64,000 nucleotides of DNA, taken from contig CM082579.2 in the NCBI GenBank assembly GCA_040954595.2, positions 62,001 through 126,000 on the forward strand. Reading direction: 5' to 3'. Positions 13,001 through 26,500 of this stretch are shown here, piece after piece. The stretch comes from Balanoglossus misakiensis. Its lineage: Eukaryota; Animalia; Hemichordata. Both the position numbers and the translations under genes were made by a program. The notes beneath the pieces are model-generated. The model was not told the DNA's origin. It searched no databases and saw only the letters and a program-made list of their open reading frames with translations. Every line of letters begins with the position of its first letter. The first letter of the stretch is position 1.

Positions 13001-13363
13001 AGTTTCATTTCTATCAACTAAGTTTTGTGAGCGTCTGAATGTTGCTGCAGAATACAATGAAAATCCATCGTCTGTCAATCCTCTCATTACTAATGTGTAT
13101 CTTGAGGTATGTATTTGTACTCTGCCCAGTCTGCCTAAGAAACTACTGTTGTGTTTTATGTGTTACTGGCAACAAGTTGTTCATTAACCAAAGCAAAGAA
13201 ATGTATCATACACAATTTGAAATTCAAAATGCTATAGTTTGAATTTGAATTTATTTTTCAGGCATCCAACAGTGCATCCTACATTCAAGATGCTTTCCAG
13301 CTTGTACTTCCAATTCTTCAAATCGTTGCTATAGAAACCCACAATGCAGCAAGCCAGTCTTGA
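7050..13363 (+). CDS. FAM114A2: FAM114A2/FAM114A1-like Golgi trafficking adaptor, 11 coding exons, ~593 aa
   Basis: Exons 7050-7626, 8130-8234, 8416-8555, 9162-9299, 9424-9529, 9814-9975, 11604-11692, 11972-12058, 12439-12584, 12977-13106, 13262-13363; all GT-AG and phase-consistent (1782 nt). Motifs [53 protein letters not shown] and [25 protein letters not shown] match FAM114A. Confidence 0.93.
7825..7997. mobile_element. Kolobok-like MITE, 173 bp
   Basis: ttaa|AGGTATACAGTCACCT ... AGGTGACCGTATACCT|ttaa: 16-bp TIR with one mismatch and a TTAA duplication. Confidence 0.7.
10139..11385 (+). mobile_element. Helentron-type non-autonomous element (HINE) in a FAM114A2 intron
   Basis: 5' AATTAAAGCTGCAAGCAGCG with GGGGCACAAGC at 10164-10174; internal ~200-bp repeats (10231 and 10429); (AAT)n tract; 3' hairpin TAGGGGCACAAGCC-cgata-GGCTTGTGCCCCTA (11351-11383) that repeats the 5' motif. 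Confidence 0.65.
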
Positions 13364-15011
13364 TCATGTAAAAGGACAATGGTACTCATTGACTAATTTA
13401 ACTCAGGTTGGAAGGACAGGGTTAGAAGGGATCCTTAGAAAGTAAAGTGCAAAGATTGAAAAATGTACACTGGAATATTTTTATTAATTGAAAGCCTTGG
13501 CGAAATGAAGCCTAAAATGTGTTGCAAATGTCTGTTTTCCAGGTTTGATGGCAAATTTAGATTTCATACGGTACCAAGTCAATTTTAAAAAAGTGAGGGT
13601 GAAAAACATCTTGTACTTGTATGAATTCTTGTAGAGCACTCTAGCACTACAATTGGTAGAATGCCAATGCTTAAAAGTCCCATGCCATGCCCTATACAAC
13701 CACGCGTAAAATCACTATTTGGGTCTTGAAGTTAACGTATGTTACTATCTTGCAATGCGTTTTGCCCCTTGTGCTTAGATAACAAGCAAGTAAAAGTGGC
13801 GGGTGGGCGTGTACCCCTAACCCAACTCAGTCGAGTTTTTTCGGCTTTTCGAAGTTCAGTCGAAGGCTTATCTTGATGTGGACAAATAGTCTTTCACATC
13901 TTCGCAAATCCTCTGCCTGTAATGTGAAACAAGGGCTTCCTTTGCTTTGAACACTGTTTATATAGCTTGTCTTTGTCTGTAGACTTAATTACGCATGGAC
14001 CGCTAATTACACCATACTGTTAGCAGAATGGTACACTACAAGGTAGTGTACTTGTTTGTCCATATGCAAATACCTTCGCCTGGCTCGAGTGCGAAGTGGC
14101 TCCCTGATCACAGGCATGAAAAAAGGGGGCAAATTCCGGCATTCGCGCACATTTTTCGGAACCGACACAATAGGCAATGCATAGACAAGTACCTTAGGTG
14201 AGCTTTTGATGTGGAAAAATGAAAACTTTCCAAAGCATGACATGAGACCTTTAAATTGTTACATCTTTTGGGAGATGTACCCGTATATACATTAAATAAC
14301 TTGCCAATCCAGACAACTTGCCAACCAAGAAGTGTACTGGTAATAGGAATGATATACACACAAGTACATTGTATTAGCTGAATCTCAGCCATTCAACCTA
14401 TAGCTTCTGTATACATATTCACCTTATGACGCCACAATACTGCCCAAGTCACAAGCAGTCTACTGTTGTGCTATTATCCCATGTCACAGGTTTCTGTGAT
14501 TTCTAAATGTACATGTATTTATCTTTCGGGCAATACACGAATCAGACATGAGTTGATACAGATTTTTTCAGCAAATTCATAGAATACGGTCAGTCAACCT
14601 CTGTGATTGTAATATTTCACATTTCAAATTGTACTTCTAGTTTCTTAGTATCTAAATGAGCATGCAATAAAATTACACATTACCGCTGTGCTTCATTTCA
14701 TCTCGTATGATTCTTTCATTTCACCCAGTGTTGGTATCAGTGGAATCATTACCTTCAAAGTACAAATACTCCCACTACAGGTTGTAAAAGAGATTTGAGT
14801 ACAATTCACGATCATCGATGTACAGCACAATTCGAAATAGTGTTGGTAACAGACTACTTTATACAGTATGAAACTGTATACTGATGTATCCCAGCAACTA
14901 AGGATACAGCAAGGATATAGAAAGTAACCAGATGAATATTTTGAGCCTATGACATGGTTTGATCCGTTAACAGGAAAATGGTGATTTAAGGAAATACCGA
15001 TACCAACCGTT

Positions 15012-18000
15012 TTATCTTTCCAACACAGTCAGTTCCTGAATGCTTCCATCAGTCTGCATTTTCAAATACAGATCATTTGCATATGCCGTCATATAATCTT
15101 CACCACTGACTCTCCTGCTTGACAGAGTCAACAGAAATTCCCACTCCTTTTCCGACCTCTTTCTTACATCAACCCTTTTTGATGTTTTCTGCATCTGAGT
15201 CACAGTCTGCATCTGTGTAGAACCTGATTCTTCTCGACTCTGAATCGGATGATCTTTACTTTCACCCCGAGCTGCCTTGATGAAATCCCCACATCTGCCC
15301 AGGGTGCATTCTAACTCTGATCTTAATTTGCTGAGCGAAGAACGAATTCCTTTCTTGACATCCTTTTTTGAGCAGGCTGGCATGATTTCAATGTCTTCAG
15401 CTAGATTCTCACACAGTGCATGTACTGCCAGGATAAATTGCGTTTCATTTCTAAAAGATAAATCAAAAGATTAAATTAAAGCCAGTGTCACCCAACATGA
15501 GTTGAAGAGTTTAACTGGGAGAGTTTAACTGGTTTATTCTCCAATTGTACCTTCCAAGCTCATAATCAATAAATCACAATCATATAACCTCTTCCTTACT
15601 CACCTTGTACATAACCTCAATAACACATTATTGAATGCAATGTATTGAAGACAGACTCTCACCCCATTCAGTGTACCCTTTGTGCAGACATAACCCTGGT
15701 TACCAGGTATTGCCTGGAATCCCATCAACCCTTGCACGACCTGTGGCAGGGATGTCAAATTGGTGAACTTTGAGACAACTTGCAATGTTGAGGAAAACTG
15801 AAGGCAATGGAGAGATTTCTGTGCGATCCCACATTCACTCACTGAAACAGAATAAAAAACAGCAAAACTATCAGACACATTCAAAATACTTATTTACAGG
15901 TGACTACAAGTCATGATGACATAGACATTGTTTTACCTGTCTTTGAAAAATTATGTTAATGGTGGAGTGAATGGCAATGTACAGTGTACACATCACACGT
16001 AGAATGTAAGGCCTTACAATGCATGGATCTAACATGTCAAGCTTAAAATTAATTTATGCCCAAACTGAAAAATCAACTTCTTCTCATGGAAACTTTATAT
16101 AAAATGACACCCAATATTAATCAAGAAAAAACGAATATTGAGATTTTTACCTGACATTAAGGACAGAGTGTTGTGTTCCAATGAGAATTTCCCAGCAAGA
16201 ACATCAGCAGTTGTCAATAATGCACTTCCAATACATGCAAATTGTTTACCACCACCTTCTTCATGATCGATCATAACACTGTCATCCTGTCTCACGTGAA
16301 AAGACCAATGTAAAATCATTCTGCAAGAACACTGCCCCCAGTGACAGAACTGTGGCAAGATTGTCATGGCAACCACACCTTTCTGTTGACCTGGGAAAAA
16401 CATCACTTCAGCCTCGACTTCTGATTTCAATCGTTTTTTCAGTTGAAAGTTGTCAGCTTCTTCTGCATCTTTGAACCTTCTGTCATGAAACAACGTTGCA
16501 CTAGAAGTTTGGCTTGATGATGTAGATTCGTGTTGGCAAATGGAATCTGTAGCTGGTACCAGTGACAGACTCAAATCTGTCATTTTTCTGTGAATACACC
16601 ACAGCCAAGAAGTAATATCAATGACACTATGTTCCCATTTAAAAGCAATCAGGCAAGTGGCTTGGAGAAGACATTTTGACCAGAAATAAATTAAAGGAGT
16701 TTGGAAATGCTAAGAATTCCAGATATCAGAATAAAGAAGAGTGCATGGGTATCCTACAAATATTATTTGTATCACACAATTGTTTAGATCAATAAAATAT
16801 CTGATTTACCTGCCACTTGTGTTCTCCACAATCACACCAATCACCCATTTGTCCTCAATGATATGTTGCCAAGAGTGCTTGACTTCAATGACTTTTGACC
16901 CACTGTCAGACGCAGCAAGTCCACACGTCTCCCCAGGCATTTGAATGTAACTGTACAGACAGACCTGAGAATAAGAGAAATACAATTGGCAGCTAGGAAT
17001 ATACAACATACCACTTTTGATAATCTATTATTCTGAAGCAGAACTTAGATCTACTTTCATCCAAGGAGTCCAAGATACAAGATTACTGTAGAAAGTATAG
17101 ATAAACAAAGTATTAAATAAAAAAATATGATTTCTGACTAACCTTACTGTTGTGTCCAATGATGTCAATTTCTTTGTTTTCTGAAGTCATTTTCAATAAT
17201 GATTGACAGGTCTTTCTGATCACATGATTTTTCCCTTCTTGCAGCAATTCTGCTTCCCTGACAGAAGCCAGTCTAGCCTTCAATGGAAAAGGTTGGATGT
17301 ACAGTATATGACTATAGGTAAAAAGCGTAGTTGAAAAGCCTGATTTGAATCACACGGTGTTCAATATGGTGAAATCAATGTTACACCCTGGCAGTGTTTC
17401 TGTCTGTTCTGATGCTCGAACAAAAATCTTAATTTTGTGGCAGCAATAATCCCCCCAAAATAAACAAGAAATTAAAATGTATTCATGATAATATTAAACT
17501 ATATTCATGATCAGGCCATATTTGACTTGATATATTCAAGAAGTAAATGCACATCACTATTATTCACCTTAAGTCTTGACTCTAATGCTTGTATTGGTTT
17601 ACATAGATTGGATGACTGGTCATTGTTTCTGATCTTCCCATCATCACTGCATGAATTCTGTGGTGATAAACAGAACCTCCATGGTGAAATCATGTTATCC
17701 TTATTGACATGTCAACTTTTCATTTTCAGTTATCTTTTTGGATGCACTGAGACTTAAAACACCCTTGCCCTGTTAAACACCAATGACAGAATACTTCATT
17801 AATTATTATGAGAGGGTAGACTTAAAAATCATTGTAAGTTGGAAAGCTTTACACTAGAGTATACATATGGTACTGGTACTAGGCTTAACTCACCTGATTT
17901 GAGATGTGGTACAACTGTAAATCAGTGAGTGTAAATGTCTGCAATGGGTTCACTGTAGCTGAGGTGCCAGACAACAATAATATTTGGTCACTACCATAAC

Positions 18001-19686
18001 ACAAGAAATCATCTACCAATATCCTGTCAGCAGTCTCCCAGGTTTTAGCAATCTTTAAAAAAAAATAAAAGAGACATTTCACCCTCTCCAACAGACAGCA
18101 AAGTTGCACTGTATACCTTATTATGGTCGACAACATAGGCATATGGATCAGGAAACTAAAATTATAATTCCTGTTCCTATGCCAGACTGTTTTGTTGTGT
18201 GACCATAAGAATCTAGTATTACGTCACCAGATCTATGCAAACAGAACTTGTGTAAAAAACATTGAAAGTAAATGCAAATGAATACATTTTCATAAACTCC
18301 TTGAAGTAGTCCTTCCATCATGATCAAGTTACTTCAATTGACATGAAAAGATAAAATAAAAGAGACATTTCACCCTCTCCAACAGACAGCAAAGTTGCAC
18401 TGTATACCTTATTATGGCCGACAACATAGGCATATGGATCAGGAAACTAAAATTATAATTCCTGTTCCTATGCCAGACTGTTTTGTTGTGTGACCATAAG
18501 AATCTAGTATTACGTCACCAGATCTATGCAAACAGAACTTGTGTTTAAAACATTGAAAGTAAATGCAAATGAATACATTTTCATTCACTCCTTGAAGTAG
18601 TCCTTCCATCATGATCAAGTTACTTCAATTGACATGAAAAGATAAAATGGAGTACATGAGTAGAGGAAAAGATTCAATTGTACATACTTCAAAGGATTTC
18701 TGCCAGACAGCACAACACTTGTTGGTAACAGATTTCACCAGAATGAGGACATCTTGAGAAACAAGAACACAGTTGATTTCACAGAGGTCGGAAAATGGGA
18801 GAGGACAACATTTTGATAATTGCCCATCTGTAAACTGCAGCAGCTGACCTTGTGTTGTACCAACAATTGTCACATTTTTAGCATTCTCTGTATGTGTGTA
18901 TTGGTCCATGTGGTTATTTCCAGATTTACATACATTCAGACATGATACAATATCTGCATATGCATGTGGAACAAAATCTGTTCCGTTCAAGTAAGGGTTA
19001 CAGCCATCTTGTCCCTGATCACCCATTGAATTGATGTTTATAACAGTCCATTCATGGCCCCAAATACTCTTTTTTGTTGATCTGGATATTGCTTCTTCTG
19101 TATCCATGGTATTTGATTCCCTGGCATCTCTTGCTCCCATGACAACAAGCTGACCACTTGTAACCATGGCAGAGAAGAATGAAAAAGGTCTAGGCAAGAG
19201 GAATTTGTTAATGTACATCACTCCATCTTGAGTACAGGATGATGTATAATATAGTCTTGTGCCATGAGTCCAACAAACCAAAGGTCCATCACAAATCTGA
19301 AGGCCTTTTCCTAATTTCTCTGTGCATCTGAATTTTCCAACAGGCACAAATCTCTTTCTTTCAAATGATATCAACAGTAACAAATAAACTTGCTGATTTA
19401 TACTCTCTACATCCCCAGTAACTCTGCATTTCATTGCTTTAGTTAGCACACATGGTACCCTAAGTCCTGTCTGATTTTCTACAACGGTTCTACATGAGAT
19501 CAACTTCAGGTTCACATTTGGCAGATTCGACGTTAGTCTAATATCTTCTCTTTCTCGGAACTCTCTGAGATTCTTGTCATAGTTAAAGGAAGATGCTAAG
19601 ATTTCTCCTGTTGCTGTTGTGGAAATCTTCACGACACCACCGTTGTACGCCAGCAGGTCAAAGTCTTCTTCTCTGCCTACAGCCAT
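15012..19686 (-). CDS. FANCB: Fanconi anemia group B protein, 8 coding exons, ~883 aa
   Basis: Exons 19686-18688, 18052-17894, 17657-17568, 17277-17143, 16964-16810, 16587-16151, 15841-15604, 15450-15012; phase-consistent (2652 nt). N-terminal LLAYNGGV (human LLCYNGEV), ILVDDFLCYGSDQILLL (human LIDDFIGSGTEQVLLL), WQHIIEDKWVIGV; large first coding exon as in vertebrates. Confidence 0.85.
18062..18648. repeat. ~291-bp near-perfect tandem duplication in FANCB intron 1
   Basis: GAGACATTTCACCCTCTCC at 18071 and 18362; the copies differ at only a few positions (ggtcga/ggccga, gtaaaa/gtttaa, cataaact/cattcact). Confidence 0.9.
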
Positions 19687-19699
19687 GTCACTTTCTTCA

Positions 19700-19870
19700 T
19701 AGGTTATTTTTTCCGAATCAAATTATTTCGATTTCGTTTTAGCAATATCGCGCACACAGGCTAGACTTACGCTCCTGCATGGTCGAACTTTGACCCCAGT
19801 CAGTCAGTGCGCCCCCTGTAGTTGACCAGGTGATGATAGCTTGCCCCTCCAGAGGGCGCCGTCAATGACC
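19700..19870 (-). promoter_or_regulatory. Probable FANCB promoter with two CTCF-like motifs
   Basis: GC/CpG-rich patch directly upstream of the ATG; GCGCCCCCTGTAGT (19809-19822, motif on the minus strand) and CCTCCAGAGGGCGC (19846-19859). Confidence 0.45.
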
Positions 19871-20519
19871 TTTGGCTTCTCAGTGACACGGTAAAGTGGA
19901 ATGACAAAATGCAAGCAAAAACCCAAGGGACCCGTTCAAAACCAATCAGTTCATCCTTTATCCCTTCAATAAAATAATGAAAAAAAAAAGAAATATAATT
20001 AGAATGACTTTATTTTTTATAAGAAATGGAAAACTGGTCTTTTTGTCATTCACAGTAAAATGTACATAGAGTAAACAAACATTACAACAAAATTCTGTTG
20101 GTCAACAGCACAAAAAAGTGATTACATGTGTAACAAAGTAATTTAACCTTACAATATATGACAGTAATTATTCGAAAATTTAAAAAAATTGATATTGTTG
20201 ATGGAATAAAAGTGCACTGTATTTGTTTTAGACATCTCTATTTGCTTGAAATCTGCGCCTAGTTTCTAAAAATATGCCAATGGTTGGAGTTACCCATACT
20301 TTTGGGGGGGGGGGGGGGGTTACTTCAATAATGACAAAAAGCTACAATTCCTGAAAGTGTCTGTTTTGCGTGTTCATCCTTAAAGTTCAGTAGGAAAATT
20401 ATGGTTATGGCAATTGCTGGACAAAACGGGGTCAATGTCACAAAAAACGTTATTTGATGTTTCCCTTCTTTGACAGCAAGCAAATACATTTAGTAACTGC
20501 ACACCCATTGCTATTTCTG

Positions 20520-23500
20520 CTATGGGCCACTAAGACCTATCCTTACACTGGGTTCTGACAAAACATTCTCTGATTGGGACTCCTGCCATGAAGCCATTGT
20601 AGAAGTTCCATCTGGTGATCTACCCACTTCTTTCCGACCTTCCATAAGTAGATTGAAAATTTGTAAATGGTAATAGATTGCCAACAAGAACAGTACTACA
20701 CCAGCAATGATAAACAACTTTAGGATCTTTAAAATACTTTCAAGGCGGTGTTCTATCCTCCTGTTGTGGTCCACAAGTTGCCCCAGCTGTAAAGAAAAAA
20801 ATAGTCATAATATGGTAGGTTTCAATCCAGCTCTATGATTGGCTGGGGCCGGGGTTTATAATACTATTCTTAACTAGAGGACCTGGACCCTGAACAGTGA
20901 ATTATTAAAATATAACTGAAATAGAACACGTAGAAATGCACACACCTGAATAGAACACATTTAATAAATTTTATGGATGTGTACGCAGAACATAAAACGG
21001 TAAACTGCACGACCTTGTGTTCAAGTGTCTCTTCCCATAGCATAACTATTCTTGATATCATGTTAAGAGACACACGAACACACACAAAATAGCCAGACAA
21101 ACATTAGCTCAAGAGTGCCATTAATGCCATACAATATTCTGTCTATCTGACCACTTGTTACAGTAATGAGGACAACACATTTACAAAATGTACACTCACC
21201 TTTGTTGTGAGTCTACTAACTTCTGTCTGTAAAGTTTCAATATCTGCTGGTTTTTTTGTTGCTTCACGACTTGGTTGTGGTACTACTCTATAGCTGCATC
21301 TCAATCTACACATTGAGAACAAATTGAACTCTTTAAATTATTATGTATGGTCATTATAACATGGGGCCCAAGGGCAGCAAAGTCCTTTGGACAAATATGT
21401 ATGCTTATTGAAAACTACTTTTGTGACAACAGGGTCTAGCCACTGGTTCAGGTACATAACCAATCTGCTATGCTTCCCATGGGCATCACTTCGTTGTTTA
21501 CTGTAACCTTTTACCGTACCTTAGACTCTCACACAGCCCCCACTTGCCGCCTATGCAGGCTTATGGTCTGATTGCATGTGTGCCCGCTATTCAACACCAT
21601 AAGGTGCTTCTCCTTTGCTTTGAGGGCGCATCAGTGAAGAGCCTTGTATGTAGCAAAGCTTGGGCGTGAGAGAGTCTGGCCTTACCTATGCTCTACTACA
21701 CTTGATGAAGGCACTTGCTTCCAGAAGGCTTGCAGAGCTGATGAAGATCTCACACCATCCTGAACTTGAGTTGAAAGAACCAGAAATTTCTCTTTCCTCA
21801 GTGTATATTCATGTCCTGTGATGAATAAGCTTGAATTACTGTTTTGAAAGCCACATATGTTGGGAATCATTTTCCCTCTCCAGTTCTTGTCTATTTGTTT
21901 GTCTGTCTGTCTGTCTGACTCTCTGTCTGTTCCTCCTCTCCCTCTAAACATGTCTAAATTAAAATTATTTTGTAAGTATACCTTCTTGCAGATGAACATT
22001 GATATCAACACTTTGTCCAGTAGCAATGGGCCCAGCACTGGGCCTGACCCGGAATATCTCAGGTGCTGTAGTCTTCACCTGCAATCATAGCAATATCTAA
22101 TCAATTCAATATTCCAGTCAAAGTTAGTACTTACAAAGGAAAAGCAGCTTTCAATCATACTTTGATAAAGAAAGATCAGATACTTTGGTTGGCTACATTG
22201 AATGAAATCAGTTTCCATCTTCAAGAACCAATGAATCCTGAATCCTGATAGGTTATGTTAAAAAAAAGCAGACATACATGTAGTCAACCAATCAGTAATC
22301 ACATTCTGTAACTTGGATTGTGCAACTACCTTAAATGCAACTAGTCCAGTTGTGCTGTTTGTCAGTGAAATCACAGCTGTGGCTTCTTTGTTGTGCTCAT
22401 GACTTGTAAACTCTAATTCATCCCCTGGACTATGATATGCAAAATAGAAACAAATGAATGTGAATGAATTATTGTCTCTGTTTGATAACTTGATTAATAT
22501 AAAGACATTGGAGGAAATCATGGTGGAATGAAATCATTCAAGGCATATCTGCAGAATGGATCTGATAATACATCCAGCACAGTATCAACCATATTGGAAC
22601 ACATCACAAACATTCACTGACAAATACTTCTATATACATCATTATTTCTCAGTAAGTTTCCTTGGCCATGCAAAGGAGTTTCACAGTTACAACATGACAT
22701 TAAAATCTCAAAACCAGCTGACAACAACTATTATCATTCTATTAATCCAACTGGGACTGTTTCATCAATAATGACTTCTTTAACAGTAATAGAGGAAAGA
22801 GAAACAAACATCGCAGTGTCAGTGATGATGTGAAATATTTTACTCTGTAAAATACAATCAGAATTATCAGAAAATTGAAGAAGGATGAGAGAACCTCATC
22901 AAAATGAAATGGATTGCTTACGTGATAGTTAGAAGTGGACCCTGGCTGGACTCGCTTGTGCGTCTGTGTCGCTTTGGACGAGAATGATGGCTGGATGTCT
23001 GCATAAACAACATCATTTATTTAATGTGTAGAGGAAAAAGAATTTGGGCCACAGTATCCCATCTCATTGTTCTTCAAACAGAGAGCTTTCTACTGTTGGC
23101 TACGTTCAGTGATGTTGCAGGAGAAAGCAGGGTCTACAAATGATTAAATTCTGAGATCGTTCTTTCCACGTACTGCCAAACACCGTCTGATCTGCACCTA
23201 GTAGTTGCATTTTCTTTGCTGACACACTGAAAAATGCTTGACTTAACATGAGCTTGTGACCAATGACACACATAGAACATACAGATACTGTGCAGCCTTC
23301 ATGAAGGCATTCTGCTGTAATTGCAAAATAAAAAGCTGATCAGTGTGACACGCAGTGAGATGAGACTTGCCTCTTTAATTTGTGATGATGGTGGTGGTGA
23401 TGATATCAATGTGTCTATATTATCTGCACTGTGACTTTTACTCATGGTTACCTTCTCAGAAGATTCTTTGTCATCAGCAAAATGCACCTGAAAAGCACAA

Positions 23501-26500
23501 CAACATGGTGATTTAAGCCTTCTAACCTTCCCTACAATTTATACATTTTATATAGGAATGATCCAACTGTTCTGAATGCCAAATGCATGTCTTACGGTGT
23601 TTAGAGATAAGCCAGCTTTTCCAATAAATTTGCATAAACTTCAGTAATATATACAATGCGGTGGACTGAACACTGAAATTTAATAATTGTCAGACAGGAG
23701 CTGACAGACAATAAGCCCGCCTAGTTGACAGAAGAGCTTCTGTGGTTGGGGGGAGGGGAAATATAAATATCCTAATGGTCTAAAAGATCCAGCAGGTAGG
23801 TTAATGCTGATAGAATTATAGGTGTATATGTATAGATATGTACCCTTCTCCTGACAGTGGTTGATTTATCACCATTATCTCCATTTCCCATCGCGAGGCC
23901 CTGGTCTTCACTTGGTTCTGTTGATGTTGTAATGATTGATCTACCTGCATCCACTTCTTCTTCCATTTCCACAGTTTCCTGATATTCTCTGGGGGGTGTG
24001 GGTTCATATTTCCACTCATATGTATCCTGGATTTCAATGAACAGGAATGACATGATGTCAATAAGAGCTGCTTGAAGTCATGTTGTACAGCAACCAATTC
24101 TATTTGAGTTCATATTGCATGTCATGTATGGATGTGATACATCAAAATGGAGGAGTAGTGTCATTGATCCAATCTGTATCTTTGATTCTCACTTACTGTT
24201 CCTCCCATATGAGGTGGTAGTGTATCCTTATCAACAGTCTCATGAACATTACTCTTGCCAATAAAACGAACTTTCTTTCTGGCTTCTTCAGATAACCAAT
24301 TCTGAATCACCTTCCAAGCAGCTACAAAGAAAATGTTTGCTAATGTCACATAAAGCCCCACAATTGGTAATTGTTGACGTATTTTCACTGTGAAAATGAT
24401 GTCTTATGAAAAAATAAATATCATTGTTGGTGCTGTAATGACCTACAAGCGACAAATATTGTTAGAGCATTTTATTCTGAGCACATTTGTTGACAGCATC
24501 CATTGAACGCCTGGACAATTACAAGTATGCAACTGGTGTACAATTTCATGCTGTCAGCGTGCTCGATGCAATCATCACCTATTGGTCTTGTAGAATTCAC
24601 AAAACATTTAAGGCAATGGCCAATGGAAATGTGCTTGAGTGTTTATACATGTATTTATAACTAAAATTGATAAGTCTTTTGCGTGGATGCATTATGCTTG
24701 ATAGGCAAATCTACATTAATTTATGTAATTATGTAAATTGTAAGAAACATGTACTATCAGTACTCACCATTGAGAATCCATGGCATTTCATAGATCAACA
24801 TAACAGCTACAATAAGAAAAGAAAGCATTCTTTGTCATTTGTTAAGTTGCCTAGCAACTTGGCATACTTTAGCTCTTTCTGGATTCAGTAATAATGATGC
24901 ACATCTTTTCAATTCTAATACAGACTGATTCTGCTTAACAGGTCACAATACAGACGCAATTCCAAATTCTACAGATGCAATAAACATGACGTTGTAAAAA
25001 CTTACACAGCATATTTGGATAGTAATGCTTGAAGCTTGTGATTAAGAACTTGACAAAGTCGAGATCCTGTTGGTAAATGATTGACAAGATAAATACATGT
25101 GAATGGATTTTGATGAAATTAATTGAAATAATTCTGTAACTTATCACACTTGGTAAAGACCCAATGCACAGTCCTTAACCCTTTCACCACAATGATTCAA
25201 TCCACACTCATTGTTTCCTAAGGTGAGGTTGGATCTCTAAAGATGGAGCTGGGGGTGAAAGGGCTAAGCAAGGGTTGAAAGAAAGTCCATTCTGATATCA
25301 AAGTAATGATCTAATTTCTGAATCCTGAATGATTTCTTTCAAGTTCAGAATGATTTGTGGGCCTGTAATACACTCACCATGTTCTGAAGACCAGTCTGAG
25401 TTGCATCTTGAAGAACAGTAACTTTCTCGCCGGGATATTCTATGCTGAACTTCTCCAACCAGTAAATCAGGAATTTCTTGATGATTAATTGTTTCTTAGA
25501 ATCTTTCTTGTACCTTCTTCCAACAAACCACACTGGGTAATATAAATGAATTGAAAAGAATGTGAAAAACCTGCATACGAAGATCTGACATGAAACTAAT
25601 ACTAAAATTTCAAAAGCTCTAAATTGTTGGGTTCTTTTTAAACTCATAAGAGCCACTGAGAGAAATAATCAATTCCACCTACAGATATGGTTGCCACTTT
25701 TATCTCTGCCATGTGGGAATATGCCACCCATTTCCCATATTTCTTGGGGAAATGTTTCTTCACTGATTTCTGTAAGAAACATTCATATTACTATAATATG
25801 CTTGGGACAGAAAGTTAGATGTGATACTGAAGTATACTAATTGGTAGGTAACAGTTGTAAATGAAATAGAATTGACGAAGAAACAATAAATAAATAAATG
25901 ACTATACAAAGTGGTCAGTGATGTCACACAAATGCTTGAGTGTGGAGTGTTTGCCTGGATAACAAAAAGGTCTTGTCAAAAAAATCAGCATCAGTTCAGA
26001 CCCTTCTTGTCGCAAGTTTAGCATTTTTTTCAAAACAGGAGAGTCTTTTCAATGTCCACACACTTTAACCCTAACGCTGCCAAGTCAGTATGAACTGGTT
26101 TGATTTCCAGGGTGCCTAGAATCCGGGCTCCCAGGCCCGTTAGGCTGCCAAGTGTGTGTTAATCAGTAGGGCCTATACATGACCCTCAGACCAATACAGT
26201 ACAAACCAGTACGATTTGGTACATTTTTCAGGGGGCTCAGACTGCCAAGTGTGTATAAGTACGTATGAGAGCCATGTCAAGACAGTCAAAATACGTTTCA
26301 GAAGAAAAAGTGGCAAATACGTATTCTAAGGGACTTGACACTCTAACCAGATATGACCCCCAGTAGCAATAGGGTTAAACACTTCAAGTCTTTTAATCAA
26401 ACATTTAATCACTCACCATACACTGCAAATTCTTTTCTAAATTTTAAGCAGTCATGTACTATTTCAAGTGCAATGTCATAATTTCCTTTTGTGTGTTTCA

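Noticed and set aside
21524-21677. Possible MITE (AGACTCTC...GAGAGTCT) beside a MOSPD2 donor site
   Set aside because: The TIR is short and imperfect with no clear TSD.
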